Assembly (NCBI GenBank): GCA_019749945.1
Contig: JAIEPF010000024.1
Coordinates: 14,436-78,435, forward strand
Origin: Burkholderiales bacterium
GTDB taxonomy: Bacteria; Pseudomonadota; Gammaproteobacteria; Burkholderiales; SG8-41
Direction: 5' to 3'
Length of the DNA stretch: 64,000 nt
Under the pieces are notes generated by a model. It was not told where the DNA came from. It did not search any database and saw only the letters and a program-made list of their open reading frames with translations. Position 1 is the first letter of the stretch. Every line of letters begins with the position of its first letter. This document shows positions 49,296 through 57,287 of the stretch, one piece after another. Position numbers and translations under genes: made by a program.

Positions 49296-50117
49296 ATGGC
49301 CGCTACTGCATCCAAAATCATCAGCCTCGCCGAACTCGCGCAGCGCATCCCTGAAGGGGCGGCACTGGGCCTCGGTGGCGTGTTCCTGCATCGCGGACCA
49401 TTCGCACTGGTGCGCGAGCTGGTACGCCAGCAACGCAAGAACCTTGAAATCATCAAACCCTCGCCCGGTTACGACCTCGACCTCCTGTGCCGTGCCGGCG
49501 CCGTCGCCAAAGTGCGTGCCGGCATTGTCGCCATGGAAGGCAATTTCGGCATGGCGCGCTGGTACCGCAAAACCATCGAGCGCAAGGAAGCCCGTCTCGA
49601 AGAACACGCCTGAATGACCCTGGTCGCAGGGCTGCGTGCAGCCTCCTACGGAATCCCCTTCCAGCCGGTTGCCGGTGTACACGGCAGCGAACTCGCAGGC
49701 GTCAACAACTGGCAGACCCTGCGCGATCCGTACGGCTCCGGCAAGGATGTGTATGTCATTCCGGCAGTGCAGCCTGATATCGCAGTGATCCACGCCGCCG
49801 AGGTCGATACCGACGGCAATGCGCGCATTTACGGCTCGCCGTTCTGGGACCACCCGCTGACCCGCGCCGCTAAACGTGTGCTGGTCACTGCGGAAAAACT
49901 GGTGCCCACCGACCGGCTGCGCGAACAACCGGAACTGACCCTGGTGCCGGGCTTCATGGTCGAAGCCGTCGCCATCACGCCCAGGGGCGCATGGCCCGGC
50001 TCGATGCATCCCTATTACGACATCGATTATGCGGCGGTGGAATACTACATGCAGGATGCCGAGGGCGTGCTCGAAAACCATCTCGCCGCCGCGCCTGAAG
50101 CCGTCGCAGTCGGCTGA
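49296..50117 (+). pseudogene. CoA-transferase subunit A (glutaconate-CoA-transferase-like) interrupted by an in-frame TGA at 49611-49613
   Basis: Two track ORFs (…LEEHA* and MTLVAGLRAASYGIPFQPV…) are in the same frame and separated only by TGA. Together they form one gap-free 273-codon subunit-A-like sequence. Confidence 0.6.
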
Positions 50118-50121
50118 ACGC

Positions 50122-50640
50122 ATGCCCGTCGTCCGCAGCTTTGCGCCGATTGCCGATGTATCGGCGCGTTTGCTGATCCTCGGCAGCATGCCCGGCATCG
50201 AATCGCTGCGCACAGGGCAGTATTACGCACATCCGCGCAACGCGTTCTGGCGCATCATGGGTGATCTTGTCGGCGCATCGCCCGAGATGCCCTATGCCGC
50301 ACGCACCCGCCGCCTGAAAAAAGCGGGAATCGCAGTGTGGGACGTGCTCGCGGCCTGCGCGCGTGAAGGCAGCCTTGATGCCGCTATCGACCGGCGTTCG
50401 ATCATCGCCAACGACCTGGTATCGTTTCTGGCGCGGCGGCCGGACATCCGCCATGTATTTTTCAACGGCGCCACGGCCGAGCGCTGCTTCCGGGTGCATG
50501 TGCAGCCCGCCCTGGAAGCCGGCGCCCTGAAACTTGTGCGCCTGCCCTCGACCAGTCCGGCCCATGCGGCGCGCGCCTACGCCGACAAACTGCAAGCCTG
50601 GCGGGTGATCCTGGAACCACTCGCAGAAAAACAAAAATAA
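50122..50640 (+). CDS. DNA-deoxyinosine (hypoxanthine) glycosylase, UDG superfamily
   Basis: 172 aa. LLILGSMPG..S......YYAHPRNAFW and LPSTSPA motifs. Confidence 0.7.
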   Translation: MPVVRSFAPIADVSARLLILGSMPGIESLRTGQYYAHPRNAFWRIMGDLVGASPEMPYAARTRRLKKAGIAVWDVLAACAREGSLDAAIDRRSIIANDLVSFLARRPDIRHVFFNGATAERCFRVHVQPALEAGALKLVRLPSTSPAHAARAYADKLQAWRVILEPLAEKQK

Positions 50641-50663
50641 TAAATAAAACAATAACTTACGAA
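50625..50663 (+). repeat. AT-rich dispersed element, copy E6
   Basis: agaaaaacaaaaataataaataaaacaataacttacgaa has a core one A shorter. Overlaps the last codons and stop of the glycosylase gene and abuts the EamA ATG. Confidence 0.7.
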
Positions 50664-51530
50664 ATGAACGCCCTGATTCTCGCCATGCTGGCCGCGCTGT
50701 GTTTCGGCGCCGGCATGATCACCTCGCGCGTCGGTTTGCGCCATGTCGATGCGCGCAGCGGCGCTGCGATCAGCATTCCCGTCGCGACGCTGCTGTTCGT
50801 CATCGCCGCACCGTTCACCGTCGAACTGTCCGCGTTCAACCTCACCGCCGCCCTGATTTTCGCGCTGGTCGGTCTGTTCTATCCCGCGCTGGTCACGCTG
50901 CTGACTTTCCGCGCCAATGAAGAACTCGGCCCCACCGTCACCAGCGCAATCTCGGGCACCGCACCGCTGTTCGCGATGCTCGCCGCAGCGTTGCTGCTGG
51001 GCGAGCAAATCCCGCCACAGGCGGCCATAGCGGCGCTGGGCGTCGCTGCCGGTGTTGCCCTGCTGTCCTGGCGCCCCGGCGCAACCCGGGGCCGGATGCC
51101 CGGCCGCGCGCTGGTGTGGCCCGTTGCCGGCGCCGTTGTGCGCGGCGTGGCGCAGGCCGGCGCCAAGGCCGGGCTGCTGCTGTGGGGCAATCCGTTTGCC
51201 GCCAGCGTGATCGGCTACCTGGTATCGTCCACCGCGGTGCTCGGCGCGGAAGGCCTGCGTCGCGGCGGGCGCAAGGCGGTCAGCCGCGACGGCCTGCTGT
51301 GGTTTGCCGCGACCGGCACCGTCAACGGGGCCGCAATGGTGCTGATGTATTCGGCACTCGCAATGGCGCCGGTATCAACGGTCGCACCGGTGATTGCCGC
51401 CTATCCGCTGGTCACCGCGCTGGCCAGCGCGCTGTTCCTGCGCGGTGAAAAAATCAGTGTGCAGATCATCTGCGGTGCCGTCATCACGGTCACAGCCATC
51501 ATTTACCTCGCCGCCTTCCGCACATCCTGA
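50664..51530 (+). CDS. EamA/DMT family transporter
   Basis: 288 aa with ten hydrophobic segments arranged as two EamA-like halves. Confidence 0.85.
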   Translation: MNALILAMLAALCFGAGMITSRVGLRHVDARSGAAISIPVATLLFVIAAPFTVELSAFNLTAALIFALVGLFYPALVTLLTFRANEELGPTVTSAISGTAPLFAMLAAALLLGEQIPPQAAIAALGVAAGVALLSWRPGATRGRMPGRALVWPVAGAVVRGVAQAGAKAGLLLWGNPFAASVIGYLVSSTAVLGAEGLRRGGRKAVSRDGLLWFAATGTVNGAAMVLMYSALAMAPVSTVAPVIAAYPLVTALASALFLRGEKISVQIICGAVITVTAIIYLAAFRTS

Positions 51531-51559
51531 AACAACACGCGGGTCGTTATACTTCCCCC

Positions 51560-52288
51560 ATGAACTGGACACCCTTTTCCTTCATCGTCGTCAATCTCGC
51601 GCGCCAGATCCGCGCCGGTGAAATCACCTTCAGCGGCGTCAACTCGACGCTGCCGATGCTCGCCTGCCTGCTCGCCAAGCGCGCCTACGATTTCCCGTTC
51701 ACCTGGATCAATGTCGCCGGTGGCGTCGAGCCGCAACCGGTCACCGTGCCGCAGTCGAGCAGTGACCCGGCGATCGTTCATGGTTCACCGGCGATATTCG
51801 CCAATCAGGATTTTTACGACCTGTGTGCACGCGGCGGACTCGATCTGGTCTATCTCGGCTGCGCCCAGATCGATGCCGAAGGCCGCACCAATGTATCGGC
51901 CATCGGCACCTGGGAAAATCCAAAGGTGCGGCTGCCTGGCGGCGGCGGCGCTGCCGTGATGCTGCCGACGGCGAAACGCGTCGTGACCTGGCGCACCGAC
52001 CACAGCACACGCGCCCTCGTCGACAAACTCGATTTTGTCACCGCTTCCGGCAACATGACTGCGCTGGTCACGCCGCTGGCGGTATTTACACGCGAACCCC
52101 GCGCAGGCTCACGTTTCATTCTCGAGTCCCATCATCCGGAAACCACCATTGCCCACATCGCAGCGCATACCGGATTTCAATTTGATGCCGCGCAGGCACA
52201 GCCGGCAGCATCAATGACCAAGCGCGAATACGACGCATTGAATGCGCTCGATGCCGGAGAACAATTCTCCGCTGCGGTGAATCGCTGA
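51560..52288 (+). CDS. CoA-transferase subunit B (glutaconate-CoA-transferase-like)
   Basis: 242 aa. ...GCAQIDAEGRTNVS...LPGGGGAAVM... pattern of family-I beta subunits. Confidence 0.75.
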   Translation: MNWTPFSFIVVNLARQIRAGEITFSGVNSTLPMLACLLAKRAYDFPFTWINVAGGVEPQPVTVPQSSSDPAIVHGSPAIFANQDFYDLCARGGLDLVYLGCAQIDAEGRTNVSAIGTWENPKVRLPGGGGAAVMLPTAKRVVTWRTDHSTRALVDKLDFVTASGNMTALVTPLAVFTREPRAGSRFILESHHPETTIAHIAAHTGFQFDAAQAQPAASMTKREYDALNALDAGEQFSAAVNR

Positions 52289-52346
52289 AGGTGCCGTGCT
52301 AGCATAAGGCTGCTTTTTTACGCCACACCGCATCACAAAATCCCAC

Positions 52347-53516
52347 ATGCTCCCGTTACAAGGTATCCGCGTCGTCGAGTTCTGCCAGGTTCTGGCCGGT
52401 CCCTTTGCGGGTTGTCTGCTCGCCGACATGGGTGCTGACGTGATCAAGGTCGAATCGCCTGAAGGCGACCTGATGCGGCAATGGCCGCCGATCCTCGACG
52501 GTTACAGCCAGTATTTTGCATCAGTGAACCGAAACAAACGTTCGGTGGTGCTGGATCTGAAAACGGATAACGATCGTGCCGCGGCACGCAAGCTGGCCTT
52601 GAGCGCCGACATCGTGCTCGAAAATTTCCGCCCCGGCGTGATGGCGAAGTTCGGTCTCGATTACGCATCACTCGCAAAAGATCACCCCGCCCTTGTTTAC
52701 TGTTCGGTATCCGCCTTCGGCCAGACCGGACCGCGCGCTGGCGAAGGCGGTTTTGACATGACCGTGCAGGCGATGAGCGGCGTGATGAGCGTCACCGGCG
52801 ACCGCGACGGCCGTCCCGCGAAATGCGGCATCCCGATCGCTGATTTCTCCGCAGGCCTTTACGCCGCATTCAGCGCAGCAGCGACACTGCACAAGGCGCG
52901 CGCCACCGGCCAAGGCGACCATGTCGATGTGTCCATGCTCGGCGCCATGCTCGGTATCGCCAACCTGCAGACCAGCGAACTGTTCGGCACCGGTCGCGAT
53001 CCGGTGCGCCTCGGTTCGGCACATCCGATGAACGCGCCGTACGCCGCGTTCTGCTGCCGCGATGGTTATTTCGCATTGGCCGCCGGCACCAACAAACTGT
53101 GGGAAGCCGCCTGCGAAGTCATCAGCCGCAGCGATCTGCCCAAAGATCCGCGCTTCGCAACGCCGACCTTGCGCGCGCAACATCAGGATGCGCTGCGCGA
53201 AGTGCTGGAAACGGAATTCGCCAAATTCGATGCAAACGACCTGTTGAGCCGCATGAACGCAAGCGGCGTACCCTGCGCTCCGCTGTACAATTATTCGCAG
53301 GTACTGGCCGACCCGCAGGTCAAACACATGGAATGGGTGCAGGACATGGCGCTGCCCAACGGCGTCGCCAGCAAAACCGTGATTTCACCGCAACGTGTTT
53401 CCGGTCAGCGGCTGGATGTGCGCAATGGCCCGCCGGCACTGGGCGCACACACCGCGGAAATTCTCGCCGAACTGAAGAATGTGAAAGCAGCAAATTCAGC
53501 AGGAGATTCATCATGA
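52347..53516 (+). CDS. CaiB/BaiF family (class III) CoA-transferase
   Basis: 389 aa. LQGIRVVEFCQVLAGPFAG..LADMGADVIKVE and NKRS motifs. Confidence 0.9.
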   Translation: MLPLQGIRVVEFCQVLAGPFAGCLLADMGADVIKVESPEGDLMRQWPPILDGYSQYFASVNRNKRSVVLDLKTDNDRAAARKLALSADIVLENFRPGVMAKFGLDYASLAKDHPALVYCSVSAFGQTGPRAGEGGFDMTVQAMSGVMSVTGDRDGRPAKCGIPIADFSAGLYAAFSAAATLHKARATGQGDHVDVSMLGAMLGIANLQTSELFGTGRDPVRLGSAHPMNAPYAAFCCRDGYFALAAGTNKLWEAACEVISRSDLPKDPRFATPTLRAQHQDALREVLETEFAKFDANDLLSRMNASGVPCAPLYNYSQVLADPQVKHMEWVQDMALPNGVASKTVISPQRVSGQRLDVRNGPPALGAHTAEILAELKNVKAANSAGDSS

Positions 53517-54127
53517 AAAACACCGCCCGCTTCCGCCATTTCGTCGCCGAGTTCACGCGCCTCGCCGAAAAAAACGCAAAGGACGAAAAAATCATGCTCG
53601 ACGCCGGCGGCAAGCTGCTCGGCGAGCTGATCAAACACGACGACTGGCTGCCCGATGAATGCGCACAGCCGCATCCGCAGTTTTATCAACAGTATTTGCT
53701 CTACTGCGATCCGCTGGAACGTTTCTCGGTGGTCAGCTTTGTCTGGGGTCCGGGACAGAAAACACCGGTGCATGACCACATGACCTGGGGCATGGTCGGC
53801 ATGATGCGCGGCGCCGAATCCTGCCGCCGCTTCGAACAGAGCACCGCCGGGAAACCAATGATTGCCAGTGAAACAGGCCGCCTGCTGCCGGGGGAAGTGG
53901 ACAAAGTTTCGCCCACCTTCGGTGACATCCATGAAGTGGCCAATGCCTTTGACGACCGGGTATCGATCAGCATTCACGTCTATGGGGCCAACATCGGCGC
54001 GGTCAAACGCCATGTCTTCGATGCCGCCACCGGCATCGAAAAACCGTTTGTGTCCGGCTACTCCAGCACCCGGATGCCGAACTTCTGGGACCGCTCTGCC
54101 GAAGTCCGCGCAAGCCTGCAAAGCTGA
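53513..54127 (+). CDS. cysteine dioxygenase type I-like cupin (thiol dioxygenase family)
   Basis: 204 aa from ATG 53513 (ATGA overlap with the caiB-like stop). TPVHDH...W and IHVYG cupin motifs. Confidence 0.7.
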   Translation: MKNTARFRHFVAEFTRLAEKNAKDEKIMLDAGGKLLGELIKHDDWLPDECAQPHPQFYQQYLLYCDPLERFSVVSFVWGPGQKTPVHDHMTWGMVGMMRGAESCRRFEQSTAGKPMIASETGRLLPGEVDKVSPTFGDIHEVANAFDDRVSISIHVYGANIGAVKRHVFDAATGIEKPFVSGYSSTRMPNFWDRSAEVRASLQS

Positions 54128-54140
54128 AAAAAACAATGCA

Positions 54141-54246
54141 GCCACAGAGGACACAGAGTTCACAGAGTTCACAGAGAAACCCCGAACCCCATGCAAAAGC
54201 ATCCCTTCGCCCTGAATTCCTCTGTGTCCTCTGTGTCCTCTGTGGC
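54141..54246. repeat. palindromic element built from tandem 9-mers (CACAGAGNN)
   Basis: Left arm gccacagaggacacagagttcacagagttcacagag. Right arm ttcctctgtgtcctctgtgtcctctgtggc. The outer 18 nt are perfect reverse complements and the spacer is about 40 bp. Confidence 0.8.
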
Positions 54247-54267
54247 TAAGTTTTTAAAGACCTCCCC

Positions 54268-54993
54268 ATGAGCGACGAACTGCTGCGCAAGCACGAGAAC
54301 CATGTCACGCGGCTGACACTGAACCGGCCGCAGAAGGCCAATGCGCTGTCGGCACCGCTGGTCGAAGCGCTGATCGATGCCGTCGAATATGCCGCCACCG
54401 ACGGCACGCGGCTGCTGATCATCGACGGCACCGGCTCGCATTTCTGCGCCGGTTTTGATTTCACCGACGCGCAGGCACAAAGCGACGGCGACCTCGCGCT
54501 GCGCTTCATCCGCATCGAAACCCTGCTGCAGGCGCTGTATCACGCCCCCTGCGCGACACTGGCGCTGGCCCACGGCCGTGTGTTCGGCGCCGGTGCCGAC
54601 CTCGTCGCCAGCTGCGGCCTGCGCATTGCCGCCGCCGGCACCACCTTCCGCATGCCCGGCCTGCGCTTCGGCGTGGTACTCGGTACCCGCCGGCTGATGC
54701 ATCGCGTCGGCGCCGACAAGGCGCGCGAAATCCTGTCGACCTCGCGCAGCTTCGATGCAGCCGAAGCACTGGCCGCAGGATTTTTGACCGGGATCGCTGC
54801 GGCTGACGAATGGCCGGCCCTGATCCATGGCGCGCAAGGCGCAGCCGAAGCGCTGACCCCTGCGGCAGCCGCGGCCCTGCATCGCCGCACCGTGATCGAC
54901 AGTCGCGCCGAAGACATGGCCGAACTGGCGCGTTCGGTCAGCACGCCGGGACTCAAAGAACGCATCCGCAAATACCGCGAAGCCGGCAAATAA
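54268..54993 (+). CDS. enoyl-CoA hydratase/isomerase (crotonase) family protein
   Basis: 241 aa. LNRPQKANAL, FCAGFD and GAGADL motifs. Confidence 0.85.
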   Translation: MSDELLRKHENHVTRLTLNRPQKANALSAPLVEALIDAVEYAATDGTRLLIIDGTGSHFCAGFDFTDAQAQSDGDLALRFIRIETLLQALYHAPCATLALAHGRVFGAGADLVASCGLRIAAAGTTFRMPGLRFGVVLGTRRLMHRVGADKAREILSTSRSFDAAEALAAGFLTGIAAADEWPALIHGAQGAAEALTPAAAAALHRRTVIDSRAEDMAELARSVSTPGLKERIRKYREAGK

Positions 54994-55018
54994 CGACAGT
55001 GACAAAACGAGGATTACC

Positions 55019-56014
55019 ATGAGCAATACCCTGCCCGCCACCATGAACGCCGTGGAAATTTCCGCCCCCGGCGGCCCTGAAGTATTAAAGCCGACAGAAC
55101 GTCCACTGCCGGTGATCAAAGCCCATGAAGTGCTGATCAAGGTTGTCGCTGCCGGCATCAACGGCCCCGACATCATGCAGCGCAAGGGTTTGTATCCGGC
55201 GCCCAAGGGCGCCTCCGACCTGCCAGGCCTGGAAGTCTCGGGGGAGATCGTCGCCCAAGGCGCGGACGTGCAGCGCTGGGCCATCGGTGACAAGGTCGTC
55301 GCACTGACCAACGGCGGCGGTTATGCCGAGTATGTCGCAGTCGATGCCGGGCACTGCCTGAGCGTGCCCCAGGGCATCAGCATGGTCGATGCCGCGGGGC
55401 TGCCTGAAACCTTTTTCACGGTGTGGAGCAATGTGTTCATCGGCGCCGGCCTCAAGGCCGGGGAAACCTTCCTGGTGCATGGCGGCGCCGGCGGCATCGG
55501 CACCACCTGCATCCAGCTCGGCAAGGTTTTCGGCGCCAAGGTCATCGCCACCGACAGCCCCGAATCACGTTGCAAGGTATGCAAGGACCTGGGCGCCGAC
55601 CGGGTGATCGATTATCGCGCTGAGGATTTTGTTGAAGTGGTCCGCGCTGAAGGCGGTGCCAACGTGATCCTCGACATCGTCGGCGGTCCGAACATCGAAA
55701 AAAACCTCAAGGCCGCGAGCCACGACGCGCGCATCATCCAGCTTGCCTTCGCTGCAGGATCAAAAGTTGAAATCAACCTGATGCCGGTGATGCTGAAACG
55801 GCTGACCTATACCGGCTCCACGCTGCGCACCCGCCCGGATGCCTTCAAGGCGCGCATCGCACGCGAACTGGAGGCCCAGGTGTGGCCGCATATCGCCAGC
55901 GGAAAAATCCGGGTGGTCACGCACAGTGCGCTACCGCTGCAGGACGCGGCCAAGGCGCATGCGCTGATGGAAGCCAGCCAGCACACGGGAAAAATACTGC
56001 TGAAAGTGGCCTAG
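55019..56014 (+). CDS. NAD(P)H:quinone oxidoreductase (zeta-crystallin/MDR family)
   Basis: 331 aa. GINGPDIMQRKGLYP, LVHGGAGGIGT and the HTGKILL tail. Confidence 0.9.
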   Translation: MSNTLPATMNAVEISAPGGPEVLKPTERPLPVIKAHEVLIKVVAAGINGPDIMQRKGLYPAPKGASDLPGLEVSGEIVAQGADVQRWAIGDKVVALTNGGGYAEYVAVDAGHCLSVPQGISMVDAAGLPETFFTVWSNVFIGAGLKAGETFLVHGGAGGIGTTCIQLGKVFGAKVIATDSPESRCKVCKDLGADRVIDYRAEDFVEVVRAEGGANVILDIVGGPNIEKNLKAASHDARIIQLAFAAGSKVEINLMPVMLKRLTYTGSTLRTRPDAFKARIARELEAQVWPHIASGKIRVVTHSALPLQDAAKAHALMEASQHTGKILLKVA

Positions 56015-56056
56015 GGCCTGTTAACCATTACTTCATGAGTGCGACGGCGACGATTT

Positions 56057-56131
56057 GGCCTCAGGGCTAGGGGCGTCGAGCGCGGTTTGCCCGTCGGCAA
56101 ATGAGCGAAGGCGCGACAACGCCCTGAGGCC
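56057..56131. repeat. REP-like hairpin (GCCCTGAG family)
   Basis: GGCCTCAGGGC ... TTTGCCCGTCGGCAAA ... GCCCTGAGGCC between convergent genes. Confidence 0.5.
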
Positions 56132-56158
56132 CGGTCCTGACCCGCCGGCAGCGCGCGG

Positions 56159-57136
56159 TTACGCCGCCTCAGGGAGACTGCTGTCGGGCAGCCTGCGACG
56201 CAGCATTGAGACGTCCTGCGTTTCGGCAATGGTGCGCGCGTAATCAATGTTCCGGCGCACCACCGAGTAATAGAGATTCTCGCCCTTGAAGTGGCTGTCG
56301 GCGTAACGGTAGACCCCGCCCAAGTCCTGTTCCAGGCGTTTGTGCGCACCCGCAAAAAAACCGGGGGTCTTGAAAATAAGATCCGCGGGAGAGGAGAAAA
56401 TGACTTTCTCCTGTCCTTTGTCATCAACCTGGCGAGCAATGCCGCCGAGCACGAACTCCGGATACAGGCGATCGCGGCATTTCTCCAGATAATAACGATC
56501 CGCCATCTGCGCGAGAATGTCGGCGCTGCCGAGCAGGTTGCCGACCATGCGGTATTGCGGTTCGATCTGGATATTGCCCACCGGCACTTCGTAGCCGGTG
56601 AAATGCACGATGCGTGCAGCAGGATCAGCCAGTTCCTCCAGGCCGACTTCCGGCAGATACCAGGACATGAATTCGGCGCCACGACCGACATGGGTGCGGG
56701 TGTACTCCGCGCCATGTTTCTTTTCGTTGTCGTCCAGGCGGCGCAGATAACCTACATCGTGGAACAGCGCGCTGACGGTGCCCAGTTGAAACAGGCGTTC
56801 ATCCATGATCCGCGTGTTGGTCGCCTGTGCGCAGCCGTCCATCAGCCGCGACATGGCCAGCGTCACCTCGAGGATGTGCTGGATGTCGTGATAGTCGGTT
56901 TCGCAGGCATGAAAGCCGGGAAATTCGCCGCGGTACAGCCGGCCGACATCGGCAAACACCCGCAACAGGCTGGAAGGAAATTCGCGCCGGTAAAGACGTT
57001 CGTAAATTTGCGCGACTTCGAAGGACACTGACACCGGATCCATGGTGTCGACCTGATTCGTGACATCCAGCGTCGAACGGCGGCTATCCGAATAATCCGG
57101 TGATTCTGATGATAATTGCGGATCCATATGCATCAT
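56159..57136 (-). CDS. HD-domain phosphohydrolase-like protein
   Basis: About 325 aa. HDIQH...HDVGY HD motif. The start is ambiguous (ATGs at 57136, 57133 and 57127). Confidence 0.7.
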   Translation of the reverse strand: MMHMDPQLSSESPDYSDSRRSTLDVTNQVDTMDPVSVSFEVAQIYERLYRREFPSSLLRVFADVGRLYRGEFPGFHACETDYHDIQHILEVTLAMSRLMDGCAQATNTRIMDERLFQLGTVSALFHDVGYLRRLDDNEKKHGAEYTRTHVGRGAEFMSWYLPEVGLEELADPAARIVHFTGYEVPVGNIQIEPQYRMVGNLLGSADILAQMADRYYLEKCRDRLYPEFVLGGIARQVDDKGQEKVIFSSPADLIFKTPGFFAGAHKRLEQDLGGVYRYADSHFKGENLYYSVVRRNIDYARTIAETQDVSMLRRRLPDSSLPEAA

Positions 57137-57287
57137 TTTGTTGTATCCGGCTATAGTAACTATAATGCCCCTGCACATGCAATGCCGGCACTTCGGGTAT
57201 GCAGCGCAGGAAACCGGCGGGGAGCGCAGTGTCGGGCCGCCGGCCGGCCCGCGGCAAAACTGTCCAATAAATCACGGTGTTAATGCC

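Noticed and set aside
49611-49631. Selenocysteine or programmed read-through at the in-frame TGA of the CoA-transferase A gene
   Set aside because: Only a 5-bp hairpin follows the TGA. There are no Sec machinery genes in the window and I know of no precedent in this enzyme family. It is kept as a pseudogene or split-gene call.
54141-54246. Possible CRISPR array because of tandem short repeats
   Set aside because: The units are 9 nt, directly abutting without spacers and arranged as an inverted pair. There are no cas genes in the window.
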